The notes under the pieces: generated by a model
The model's database searches: none
Told to the model about the DNA's origin: nothing
The model's input: only the letters and a program-made list of their open reading frames with translations
Part shown: piece by piece, positions 50,004 to 60,066 of the stretch
How the letters are laid out: every line of letters begins with the position of its first letter
Numbering within the stretch: the stretch's first letter is position 1
From: an uncultured Acidobacteriota bacterium
GTDB taxonomy: Bacteria > Acidobacteriota > UBA6911
Assembly: GCA_963809485.1 (NCBI GenBank)
Contig: CAWEJX010000008.1
Span: forward strand, 512,001 to 576,000
Length of the DNA stretch: 64,000 nt
Direction: 5' to 3'
Program-made: the position numbers and the translations under genes

Positions 50004-51170
50004 TCACCCCTCCCGGTCGCGAAGGTCTGGCAGGTTTGCGCTGATGACGACGAGCCCCAGAACAAGCCAGGTGCATTTCCTGAACTCCCAGGTCAATACC
50101 GAGGCGCCGATGAACCAGATCGCGAGAACGGCAAGCCAGAGTTGCGACAGCACCTTCGGTTGAACAGCTGCCTGGCGCAGGACAATTGTCAGGACGCAGG
50201 CAAAAATCAGAAAGCCGGGCAGACCGAGTTCTGCGCTCACGGACAGGAGTGTGTTGTGGGGAACGGGGCCGATGCCAGCAGGAGGATGGAGAACTCCGCT
50301 GCCGACGCCTAAAACCGGATGTTCGGCAAACAATTGCAGCGTCTGAATCCATATCGCGCCGCGACCCCCAAGATCCAAGGAGGCTACCGAATGATGCGTA
50401 GTAGACAGCCGCTTGATCACAGACTCGGGTATGTATGGCACCGCGAGAATGCCTGCTGTCAGCAGAAAAAAGAGATACAGCACGCGCGAGGACAACCGGT
50501 TTTTGCTGCTCGCCCATACCAGGTAAACCACGAAAGGAAAGATGGTGAACAGAAATGTACGACTCCCTGTCAGCGTCATCCCAAAGATGGCGGCAGGTAT
50601 GTAAACGTAGTTCAAAATCCTGAGAACTCGATTTCTGATGCCCGTTCCCGACGAGGTCGCCAGGTGCCATGCGAACGGAAGCCCGATAGCCAGAACGAGA
50701 ACGAGATCTACTGCATTGATGTCTGCTCCGGCGTAGCGCCCCCCCGAGTATTCGGATATTTCGATGCCCGCACTGTAGTTGTATATTGTGGCCCCGATAG
50801 CCACGTACGCGCCGAGGATATAGGCCTGCAGTGCAGCTGCCAGCGCTTTGGGACCCGTGCAGAGGTCCCAGAGAATCCACATGAACAGGGCAAGCTGGGC
50901 ATACGTCTTGACGTGCTGGATCGTCTGATCAACCGCCAGAGACCAGAACAGACTGGCTGCATTCCACAAGACGAAACAAAATATCGCAAAATGGAAGGCG
51001 CGAAGCCTGCGCAGTGACAGTCTGCTCAGCAGGGAAAATGACCAGACGGCTGCCGTCAGGATCCCAAGAATCCTCGACATGGTCCCCCATTCGCCGATTG
51101 TGACGGCATTCTCCCAGGGAACGGTGAATATCACAAGCAACGACAAGACGAATGCCAGTTTTCGCATCAC
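50004..51170 (-). CDS. O-antigen ligase / Wzy polymerase-like membrane protein
   Basis: About 10 TM helices, LTGSRT, R..IW, P.LGVG.G, HNT.L...AELG..G. Confidence 0.9.
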   Translation of the reverse strand: MMRKLAFVLSLLVIFTVPWENAVTIGEWGTMSRILGILTAAVWSFSLLSRLSLRRLRAFHFAIFCFVLWNAASLFWSLAVDQTIQHVKTYAQLALFMWILWDLCTGPKALAAALQAYILGAYVAIGATIYNYSAGIEISEYSGGRYAGADINAVDLVLVLAIGLPFAWHLATSSGTGIRNRVLRILNYVYIPAAIFGMTLTGSRTFLFTIFPFVVYLVWASSKNRLSSRVLYLFFLLTAGILAVPYIPESVIKRLSTTHHSVASLDLGGRGAIWIQTLQLFAEHPVLGVGSGVLHPPAGIGPVPHNTLLSVSAELGLPGFLIFACVLTIVLRQAAVQPKVLSQLWLAVLAIWFIGASVLTWEFRKCTWLVLGLVVISANLPDLRDREG

Positions 51171-51349
51171 ATCAAACCTACTATTATCTCCGCCACCGGG
51201 ACTTTCGGCGTCTCGCCGCCCGGGAGCAGGACCCGACTGGGAGCGCCGGCGTCCCGCCGGCCGTTACGAAGGGGCGCTGGCTGATCGCAAAGGAATTGCT
51301 TGACTCAAACCGAAGATCAAGAATATAAGCTCCTTTCGGGATCCACGCG

Positions 51350-52019
51350 AATGAACACACCTTTTCACTCTTCGAAACAGACTACTCTCCTAGGCTCTAT
51401 CGTGCTTGCCGGGATTTTCCTATTCCTCTTCCGCACCCAATTTTTGTTGTTCCTTGGCAACCACCTTATTATTGAAGACCGTCTGCATCCTGCGGATGTC
51501 ATTCATGTCATCGCCGGCGAAGATTATCGGACCGATTACGCCATCCGACTCTATAAAGCGGGTCACGCCAAAATCCTTTTTTTTACCGGCGGCTGGTGCA
51601 GACAGCACTCCTACTATCACGGCGATCACGCTAGGGCTCGATCCCTGGCGCAGGGCGTCTCCGCAAATGCGATAGTTTTAGATAATTCAAACGTCATCAG
51701 CACATATCAGGAAGCCGAAAGGCTGAAAGAATGGATGGGCCGCAGCCGGACAGTTGTCCATTCGGTGACGGTCGTCAGCGACCCATTTCACATGCGCCGG
51801 GTTCGCTGGACCTATGAGAGATTGCTCGGAAAGTCTGTTGCCGTGCAGATGGCCCCGGTTCCTTTTGAACTGACGCCTTACCAGCGTAATTGGTGGGCCG
51901 ATGGATTGAGCCGCGGCTATGTTAAAGATGAGTATAAGAAGCTTGTTTATTATGTGCTTCGATATCAAATCAGCACAGGGAAATTCCAGGAATGGCTTGC
52001 TTCCAGGGATCAGGAATGA
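51350..52019 (+). CDS. YdcF/DUF218 (ElyC-like) protein
   Basis: N-terminal TM, FTGG, STYQEA, VSDPFHMRR, KDEYKK. Confidence 0.88.
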
Positions 52020-52147
52020 TGCCTATCCACCTACCGTATCTTAGTCTGCAACATCCCGATTGTTATTGCTGAAAAATGGAGATTCGCAGGTTGGGTTGCG
52101 TTCGGGTGTACTGTTTCAGCCAATTCGTTTATTTCAAATTGGCCCCC

Positions 52148-53752
52148 TTATTTTAAACGAATTGGCAAGATTGCTTTAAACCGACGAAGGACATCTGTTT
52201 TCTGCTTCCCGGACAGGCCGATGAAAAAAGCAAGGGCAAGAGCGGTGCAGAGTGTCGGTCCGGCCGCAACTATCAAGGCAGCCCACGCGACTGGTGAATG
52301 CCATTCCCCAGTCGTGAGAATACTGTCAACGAGGGATGCTGCAGCAAAAAGAGCCGCTGTGGTCATGGCAGGACGGATGATTGACTTTATCTGCGACATC
52401 ATCTCGATATGTAGCATGCGGCCGATCAAAAATGGGTATTGCATACTGAGAATCGCTCGACCTAAAATAAGCCCAAGACAGATTCCAATAATGCCCATCT
52501 TGAAGAAATGAACAAGGATTCCGGCGGCTATCAGGGACAATGAGACGGATATCGCTCCAATACTCACCTTTCGGGCAAGGTTGAGTGTTAGATCAATGAC
52601 GTTCGCGTCATTACGAATAAACACAAACTGCGCAACCACCAGGACTATAAAAAGGTTTGGACCGGTACCGACCCAGTGATTTCCTCCGACCCACAAGGTA
52701 ACGAAGGTTCGATTCCAAAGTAGCATTCCTGTCCCCAAGGCTGTAACAATCAGCCATGTGAAGGTCATGATTTCGCCGCGTACTCTGGCCGCCCTCTCCA
52801 AATCGCCGGAACCAATGATTCCTCCAAGCCCGGGCAGGATTCCAAAAACCATGATGGCTACAAGGGCAATTGCGGTTTCCGGGCCATATTTTGCGAGAGT
52901 GTAATTGGTGACAGACTCTACAGAATTCAGCAGAGCCAGCACGACTACGTCCGATGCGATCATCAGGTTCATGATAAGGTTCCATGCAAGGAACCACCAG
53001 CTCAGACCGAAAAATTCCCGAAGTGCGGTCCTTTTGGGTTTCTCAATACCGAACCATGGCGCATAGGTCTTCACGATCTTCAGGTAAAAAAGGCCTGACA
53101 AAATGGATGAAGCCAGAGTTGCAGCGGCTACGCCGACAATGCCTGCCTTGAAATATAATGCCAGCCAAACCAATCCCCCACCCAGCAAAACGAGGAAAGC
53201 TGAAACGCCCATGCGCTTATATCCCTTGTTTTCTCCCTCCAAGACGGATTGTGGCACGCTGACAAGGCTGCTTGTAATCAGGGCCGCGACAAGAAGTGCA
53301 CATGCGACACGGATAGGCATAAAAGATTCAGCAGGCGTCTTAATCCAATAAGGTACAAACCAGACTAGCAGCCCTCCAAGCAGGGACAAAATCGGCAAAA
53401 AGAAGCTGAATACTATCAGCGTGCTACCTACAAATGAGCGCTTTAGATTATAGTCGTCGGAATTTTGCACTTGTGCGAGGGCGAACTTCAACGTCTGGGT
53501 CGGGCGCCCGCTTGCAGGAGTAATATAGCCGGTCAGGCGATTAAGTACCTGCCAGGCGCCGAAATAGAAGTCACCCAGGCCAAACACCATAAGTGGTGTT
53601 ACAAGAAATGCTACGGTGATTCTGGCTGCATAATCCAGGACAGAAGCTAATGCATTCAAGGAAGCTTTATTGGTGAGACTGCTCTCGGGAAAAAGGCGGG
53701 GAATTTTATCTGGCGCATGCACGGATTTCAGATTTATTACCTTGGCGAACAT
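52148..53752 (-). CDS. wzx: Wzx-like polysaccharide flippase
   Basis: About 14 TM helices, FLVTPL...LG...FGAW; operonic with glycan genes. Confidence 0.85.
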   Translation of the reverse strand: MFAKVINLKSVHAPDKIPRLFPESSLTNKASLNALASVLDYAARITVAFLVTPLMVFGLGDFYFGAWQVLNRLTGYITPASGRPTQTLKFALAQVQNSDDYNLKRSFVGSTLIVFSFFLPILSLLGGLLVWFVPYWIKTPAESFMPIRVACALLVAALITSSLVSVPQSVLEGENKGYKRMGVSAFLVLLGGGLVWLALYFKAGIVGVAAATLASSILSGLFYLKIVKTYAPWFGIEKPKRTALREFFGLSWWFLAWNLIMNLMIASDVVVLALLNSVESVTNYTLAKYGPETAIALVAIMVFGILPGLGGIIGSGDLERAARVRGEIMTFTWLIVTALGTGMLLWNRTFVTLWVGGNHWVGTGPNLFIVLVVAQFVFIRNDANVIDLTLNLARKVSIGAISVSLSLIAAGILVHFFKMGIIGICLGLILGRAILSMQYPFLIGRMLHIEMMSQIKSIIRPAMTTAALFAAASLVDSILTTGEWHSPVAWAALIVAAGPTLCTALALAFFIGLSGKQKTDVLRRFKAILPIRLK

Positions 53753-53774
53753 GAGAGCCTCGATGATGTGAGGA

Positions 53775-54524
53775 TCAGATTGCGAAATCTCGGTCTTTCC
53801 TTTTGGCAATCTCAGCGGTGATGTCGTTCACAAGCTCGTCGGGTAAATGTATGCCGGAATCATAGCGAAGCACCTGAACATGGCTATTGCATAACTCAAT
53901 GCGCTCGATCACCCGGTCATACGCTGACCGATACCTGTTCAAGAAATCAATCAGAACCTGATCGGATTGGTCTTTGAAGATATGATCCTCTGCTCTGGAA
54001 CGAATCCGTTTCATTAGAATCTCGTTGGCCGCATCCAGATAGATGAGGAGGTCCAAAGTATTGGCCCACATGGCGTTTATCTTTGTCCACCATTTGCGAG
54101 CACCAGGGCCCCGAAGGTGCAGCGGGCCGAACTCAAGTAGTGTCGAAATCAGGAAGACCGGCCCCTGATCCAGCAGAAGATCCTTTCTGTGCTTGATCAC
54201 AGCCTTACTCAAAAGACCGGGCCAGCCGTTCAACATCGCCATCCAGGCCAAATGACGCCGAGAAAGCCCTATATCCTCCTTTCCATCAAAGGGCCGGCGA
54301 ACAATTATGGGAATGACATAGAGGATGTGCTTAACAAAAAACAGGCTGTTCTGAATAGCGTGCACGTCAGGGAGCGACGAGGCGCGGATATCTGGGATGG
54401 ATTTCAGAATAGCCGCAAAAAGTGTCGTCTTCCCTGCGCCTGCCGGACCGACTACCTCGATGATCCACGGCCGATTTCGGCTCGGTTCTCGGCAGGGCGG
54501 TAAACCGATCAGAGGCGTGACCAT
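53775..54524 (-). CDS. P-loop nucleoside/nucleotide kinase-like protein
   Basis: IEVVGPAGAGKTT, LLLDQG, IYLDA......RIRSR lid. Confidence 0.8.
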   Translation of the reverse strand: MVTPLIGLPPCREPSRNRPWIIEVVGPAGAGKTTLFAAILKSIPDIRASSLPDVHAIQNSLFFVKHILYVIPIIVRRPFDGKEDIGLSRRHLAWMAMLNGWPGLLSKAVIKHRKDLLLDQGPVFLISTLLEFGPLHLRGPGARKWWTKINAMWANTLDLLIYLDAANEILMKRIRSRAEDHIFKDQSDQVLIDFLNRYRSAYDRVIERIELCNSHVQVLRYDSGIHLPDELVNDITAEIAKRKDRDFAI

Positions 54525-55981
54525 ATCGCCCTTTTTATTTCCGACAATACCTCTTCCTTCGAGCGACTTGCATCAATCAGATCGACCGATGATTGGCTCC
54601 AGTCGATTTCCCAAACCTCGCCGGAGCGAGCGCGCACCGATTCTTCGCTCTCGTCGAATTTGCGTCCGACAGCGATCTCGGGGTCGACGCGAAGAACAAT
54701 CATTATCTCTGGCGGCATTATTCTCCGGTAATATCGATTTTCCATTCTGCCCAGACACCTAGTGAACCAGTTATTGGGTCCATTAACGGTCATGCGATCA
54801 ATCTGTGGACCGTCCATTAATGTGATTTGTGGCAAAGGGAAACGATCCAAAAGGACCATCTTTCCTTTCATAGCGCGCCGGCGGGCCCTTTTGAAAACTG
54901 TATAGCGGTCCCGCGCCGTGCAGACTTCACGGATCATCCATGGATATCCTGGGAATGTAAGCAGATATGATTCCTTTGTGTAACGGATTTCAGCCCGGAT
55001 GAAAGGATAAATTCCAAAGGTTCGGCCGATTTTCAGCATTCCGCGAATGACGATGGTTAGGAGGGACCACTTCGGTTTGCCCAGATGGTAGCGGCACGCC
55101 TGAAATTCCTGCGAAAGCCAACCGAAGATGGCTTCCACGGCGCTCGTTTTGCCTGCCCCGTCCCCACCTGCAATGGCAACAACCTTTCCCCCGCTGTTCA
55201 GAACCTTGCGATGCATTCTTCCCAAAATACGCCACTCCAGCGGCCAAGCGACCCGACGCCAGAACTTCAGCCCGACATCGATCCATCGAGGTTGGCGGCC
55301 GAATGCCGCAATGGAATTCAATAGCTTCTGGCCGGTTCTCAGATGCGACCAGAATGAGCCGTTCCCGCGGAGCGTATCAATACACGATCGAAAGAGCGCA
55401 GGTTCCATATACGGCAAATGGAGTCCGAGGATCTGATCCACATAGGGCAGAGATGCCCGCTTCAGCAGGAAATCCAGCTCATTCGACTCTGCAGATGAGA
55501 GTTGACCTTGACCCAAAAGCACAGTATCCCAGGTAAAATGTTTGATCATCAGCCGAATCACCAAGAGTATCAGTTCAAATTCAGGATCCGGTACCTTAAA
55601 GAGGTTTTTCTTGGCCGAAGCAGCTAGATATGCTTCTTCGAGTGGGATGCGATAGTTCTTGGTTGCATCATGGCCAAGAACAAGCTGGTAATGGGCATGC
55701 ACATGAACCAACCGGCCGGTCTCACGGTCATGACCATAGTAGTCATCAATCCCGTGAATACGTCGCGATGGCGCATCAAATGCTTGCTTATAATCCAATC
55801 GGTTAAGGATTTCTGTAAAACGCTGCGCATCCGCCCGACTGATCAACAAATCCAGATCGCTTTCACCAGCTGCCGCACGGTCCAGCATGGCGTTGCTTTT
55901 CCAATGACAGTAGCGGATGTTGTTAGAGGCTAGTTCGCCGCACAATCGGCGAACAAGAGTCAAAGCCAGGGTGCTGTCCAT
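54509..55981 (-). CDS. Nucleotidyltransferase-like domain fused to a thymidylate-kinase-like domain
   Basis: YCHWKSN..GESDLDLL; C-terminal AGGDGAGKTS, LDRFP, LRVDPEIAVGRK, IDAS. Confidence 0.8.
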   Translation of the reverse strand: MDSTLALTLVRRLCGELASNNIRYCHWKSNAMLDRAAAGESDLDLLISRADAQRFTEILNRLDYKQAFDAPSRRIHGIDDYYGHDRETGRLVHVHAHYQLVLGHDATKNYRIPLEEAYLAASAKKNLFKVPDPEFELILLVIRLMIKHFTWDTVLLGQGQLSSAESNELDFLLKRASLPYVDQILGLHLPYMEPALFRSCIDTLRGNGSFWSHLRTGQKLLNSIAAFGRQPRWIDVGLKFWRRVAWPLEWRILGRMHRKVLNSGGKVVAIAGGDGAGKTSAVEAIFGWLSQEFQACRYHLGKPKWSLLTIVIRGMLKIGRTFGIYPFIRAEIRYTKESYLLTFPGYPWMIREVCTARDRYTVFKRARRRAMKGKMVLLDRFPLPQITLMDGPQIDRMTVNGPNNWFTRCLGRMENRYYRRIMPPEIMIVLRVDPEIAVGRKFDESEESVRARSGEVWEIDWSQSSVDLIDASRSKEEVLSEIKRAIWSRL

Positions 55982-56145
55982 TCAATTCCGATCTGCCATA
56001 AGCTCTGAAAATTCCGCCGAGCAAGTCGCCAGCTTGCAGGTTCGCGGTCTTCAGAAAGCTCTCCAGACACAATGCTTATCTTGTTTCAGCGAACTTCCTG
56101 TCTTCCTTGAAACCAGTTGTTTATAGGCTTGTTCGCTTGTATCCG

Positions 56146-57348
56146 CTACATCTTCTGATCCAGATTCTTACACCTTTCTCTGTGCTTCAATTCAGGAACA
56201 ACAATTCCTATGGCTTCCACCATCTTTTCCTTCTGCCAGAAAGGCGCCTCTTTGAGGCGCTCAAATTCATACAATGCCTGATCAATTTTCTCGCGTGCCG
56301 ACCATGCAAGCTGGCTGATTACGCCTACTCGTCTGTAGCGATCCAAATCTACCGGGTCATCCATTCTATAAAACTCTTCAACAGCCTTTTCGCCGGTTGT
56401 ATCGCTTGGAGAGAACCAGCAAGGCCATTCCTTGGAGTCTACAGTCAGGCGGCCAGCCAATATTTTAGCCTCCTCTTCGGAATCACAGATAGCTGGCCGG
56501 TATCCCCCGGCTTCCAGCACCATAAGCGCAATTTCGGGAAACGACAGAAGATCTTTGTTCCGATCCAGTTTAGGAAAATATACCTCGCGATTTTTACCCA
56601 GGAAACAGGACAGAAGACACAATTGTCCAGCCTCCTCATGGGAGATGAAATATCGTTTGACATCGTTTGGCGCAGATAAAGGCTGGCGCTTGGCCAGCCT
56701 TTGCATAAAACCGTACAGCAGGCTGCCGTCAGAAAAGGCTACGTTTGCAAAGCGAGCGGTGGAAAAGGGGACGCGATCGGCAAAGGATAGCAAAATCCGC
56801 TCCATAAAACTTTTTGTCGCGCCCATGATATTTTCGGGGTTTGTTGCCTTGTCAGAAGAGACCGAAAAGTGTTTCCTGATTTTTGTATCCACAAGCGCAT
56901 CGAGTAATTGCTTGACATAATATACATTTGTATTGTACATCCGCATCAAACTGTAAGGATCCTTTTCGGAACGCACATGCTTTAAAGCAGAGAAATTGGC
57001 CACATAATCATAATCCTCCTCTGCCTGAAGCAGCCGGTTGAACTCTTCCGATCCTATGGAGATTGCAAACGTCTTAAAATCGTCGGGCAGAGCGATCAAT
57101 GAAGAGCGAAGATCCCTCACCACCTCCACCAGGTTGTTTTCGCTGATATCCACCAGGTGAAGCGCCTCTGGTTCATACGGGATCAGTTGTCTTAAAAAAA
57201 TGCTGCCGATTGATCCCGCCGCCCCTATGATCATGATTCGGGCACCGCGAATGACATTCCCAATTTGCATATGGTGATCGGCAATATCATCAGCGAAAAT
57301 CGATCTGGATCTTTTAAGAATTCTGTTGACCAAGTCATTGTCTATCAT
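56146..57348 (-). CDS. UDP-GlcNAc 4,6-dehydratase (CapD family, LgaA-type)
   Basis: IGAAGSIG, VDISENNLVE, SALKHVRSEKDPYSLMRM, SSDKA.NP.N.MGATK, ARFANV. Confidence 0.9.
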   Translation of the reverse strand: MIDNDLVNRILKRSRSIFADDIADHHMQIGNVIRGARIMIIGAAGSIGSIFLRQLIPYEPEALHLVDISENNLVEVVRDLRSSLIALPDDFKTFAISIGSEEFNRLLQAEEDYDYVANFSALKHVRSEKDPYSLMRMYNTNVYYVKQLLDALVDTKIRKHFSVSSDKATNPENIMGATKSFMERILLSFADRVPFSTARFANVAFSDGSLLYGFMQRLAKRQPLSAPNDVKRYFISHEEAGQLCLLSCFLGKNREVYFPKLDRNKDLLSFPEIALMVLEAGGYRPAICDSEEEAKILAGRLTVDSKEWPCWFSPSDTTGEKAVEEFYRMDDPVDLDRYRRVGVISQLAWSAREKIDQALYEFERLKEAPFWQKEKMVEAIGIVVPELKHRERCKNLDQKM

Positions 57349-57444
57349 TGCGGTTTCCAAACGAGTTATTCAATTTACTCAAGGAAGCTCTTTGCCACTC
57401 CAATGCTCAATCCGATATCCTGTTGAGATACGCTGCAAATTGGG

Positions 57445-58668
57445 CTAAGAATGGGTTGCTTTTGTCAGAAGTCCTTCAAACTGTTCAGCAGCCGCCTGTT
57501 TCGAGTGATGGCACTCCACCCAGTGACGGCCGTTCTTGCCAAGACGGTCGCAAAGACGTGGTTCGCCTTTCAGATTCAGGATAGCTCGGGCCAACTCAGG
57601 AGGATTTTCCGGGGCTACGCATAAACCGGCCCCTGCACGCATGATTAAGTTCCAGGCTTCACTCCCTTCATCCACCGACGCTATGACAGGTCGGCCACTG
57701 GCAAGTATAGAGAAAATCTTGGAAGGTAACGAGTCTGCTGTAACACCTTTTCGCAGTAAAACTAATGAAACATCCGAAGTAGCCAGCACTTCAGGTAGTC
57801 GGTCGCGCGGTTGGAATGGCAAAAATAGTACATTCGTTAAGCCGCGTGTCGCTGATTGACGCATCAACTCCTCCTTGCCAATACCATCGCCGATCACAAC
57901 GAAACGAATATCACCGACTCCGCCCAGAAGCTCGGATGCGGCCAGGATGCTTTCAAGTCCTTGAGAAAGCCCCAGATTTCCTGCATACAGCACAACAAAT
58001 GAATCTATGAGGCCGTGTTCCTTGGCAAAAGGCGTCATGCGTGGCATGGGCCTGATGAATTCGGTATCGACCCATATGTTAGTTAAAATCATCTTTTCAT
58101 CGGGAACCCCTAAGGCCCGCAATTCTGGCCGGAATGACTCGGAGAGAATACCGATGATGCCCGAGTTCTCAAGACAAAACCTTTCAAGGCGGCCAACTGC
58201 CGAAATGACACTGGTGTTCCGGAAGACACCCAGGGTTATCCCAATATGTGGAAAGACATCAAACACCGAGAACACCGCAGGTTTCTTCTTTCGCCGAACC
58301 AACCAGGCAAACGGGAACCATACCCACAGGGCCGGATTTGCAACAAATGCAACATCGAATGAAATGCCCGTGCCAGCCCACGCTGCCCCAATCTGATAAG
58401 ATGCAAACTGAAGAATTCGCAAACTCAGCCTGGACCTGTTGACTGAAGGAAGGGGAATTCTCAATACATCCACCCCATTTTCATTGGACTGGCGAACTCG
58501 CAATCCACGAAATGCCTTTTGAACATAACCCGAAGGATAATGCGGTACCGTAGTGATCACGCTAACCTTGTGACCCCGTTTTGCCAGTTCCGTGCCAAGC
58601 AACGTGAACATCGGTGCACCCGGCCCAAGGTCCGGTTCATAGTGAGGGACAAGCATTAGAATATGCAT
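57445..58668 (-). CDS. Glycosyltransferase family 4 (WbuB-like)
   Basis: HYEPD, VPHYP, LYAGNLG..QGL, PSK....LASGRP. Confidence 0.92.
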   Translation of the reverse strand: MHILMLVPHYEPDLGPGAPMFTLLGTELAKRGHKVSVITTVPHYPSGYVQKAFRGLRVRQSNENGVDVLRIPLPSVNRSRLSLRILQFASYQIGAAWAGTGISFDVAFVANPALWVWFPFAWLVRRKKKPAVFSVFDVFPHIGITLGVFRNTSVISAVGRLERFCLENSGIIGILSESFRPELRALGVPDEKMILTNIWVDTEFIRPMPRMTPFAKEHGLIDSFVVLYAGNLGLSQGLESILAASELLGGVGDIRFVVIGDGIGKEELMRQSATRGLTNVLFLPFQPRDRLPEVLATSDVSLVLLRKGVTADSLPSKIFSILASGRPVIASVDEGSEAWNLIMRAGAGLCVAPENPPELARAILNLKGEPRLCDRLGKNGRHWVECHHSKQAAAEQFEGLLTKATHS

Positions 58669-58969
58669 AGTTTTGGCAACAATAGGCTTTTCCGTGCCTA
58701 ATGAGTTTTGAGGGGGAAGTCATCCTCGCGAGCAACTAACACGAGATGGGGTATTAGTTTGAGCACTGCTAATATTTCGTGCTGAGGCGTAGTGCCAGTT
58801 TCAGTCGGCTTCTCGTTTGGGAAACAACGCATTGATATGCCGGAGCGTCAGCCAATTCATATATCATTTGCTCCTACCGGAAGCATCCACACACTGGGGT
58901 AGATTTAATACTCTACCTGTGAGCAGCAAAGGACAGGTACATTTGGAACGAAATGCCCATTTATATGTA

Positions 58970-60066
58970 ACGTCACTAATAATTGCACATAAAAACGCCT
59001 TGTGATATTTTGGTATCATGAAACCAATAACGATGGAGGATGCCAAAGGCGCTATTTTATAACTGCAGAATGAGATCCGGCGGTCCAAGGAATCCCGATG
59101 TGATCACCGTCTGCACGGCGTTCTTTGGGTGGCTCAGCGAATGAGCTGCCGCCATGTATTGGAAATACTTGTCAATTCACTTTGAATTGTTGCTTACTGA
59201 GTGCAACGATTTGAACGCAAGGCACTAATCGGTTTGACTGAGGAAGAACGGCCTTAACGACATGGATATCTGTGCAAAGAACAGATACGCAGCATAAATG
59301 AGGCTTGGCGCAGGCAGCCTGTCGATTTTGGATTTGCGCGGAACCTGTAGGATGGCGAGATCCTTTCAATATACCCGAAACACGAATTGGATGTGCGCCT
59401 GGGCCTGCGACAATGCCAACGCATGTTCCGGTAGTTCATGTTCCGTTTTCGCAAGGCGAGGCCCCTAATCGCCAATGCCTGTCCTTAGAATCAGCGCCAG
59501 GTAACATTATATATATTTGCATATTTGCCGGTTGCCGAAAAGAGAAGACATCGATCTCTGGTCGATGGATGATTTCCACTCCCAGCAGCACGGTTCTTTA
59601 ATCCGGACGTGGGATTCCGCCGGAGACCAAAGACCCGGTGCGGCTACATCACCCGGCTCAGATGTGTGTCGGCTACTTTGGCCCTGTCCGGCTGCGAGAC
59701 GGCAAACTGGTATATAGGCCCTAGACCACTCGTTTTAATGCCGAGATTTGCTTTCATTTTCCTCGGCATCTCTGGAATATTAGTTCTCGTTCCGTCCGGA
59801 GAGTCATTGCGATTTCAAATAACGCGCGATGCCATGCAAGGACTGGAGGAGGGCAGCGGAACCTTGGTTTAGTCTCGAAAATCCTCCGCCGTATAGCCCA
59901 GAACTCAACGCGATTGATTGAGCATGGGAGTTGATTCTCCGCCTCGCAACACCCAATCAGTAATTTCCAGCGCTTGAGGGTGCATTCATGGATGTTGGCA
60001 CATATTCGAATTCTGACTCAATAGCAGTCATGCGTTTAGGGCATGATGCGCAATTATTTAGGACGT
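58970..60066 (+). mobile_element. Degenerate full-length IS630-family element
   Basis: TA-flanked terminal IRs ACGTCACTAATAATTGC / GCAATTATTTAGGACGT; decayed ORF from ATG 59018 with MDDFHSQQHG and PPYSPELN motifs. Confidence 0.85.
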
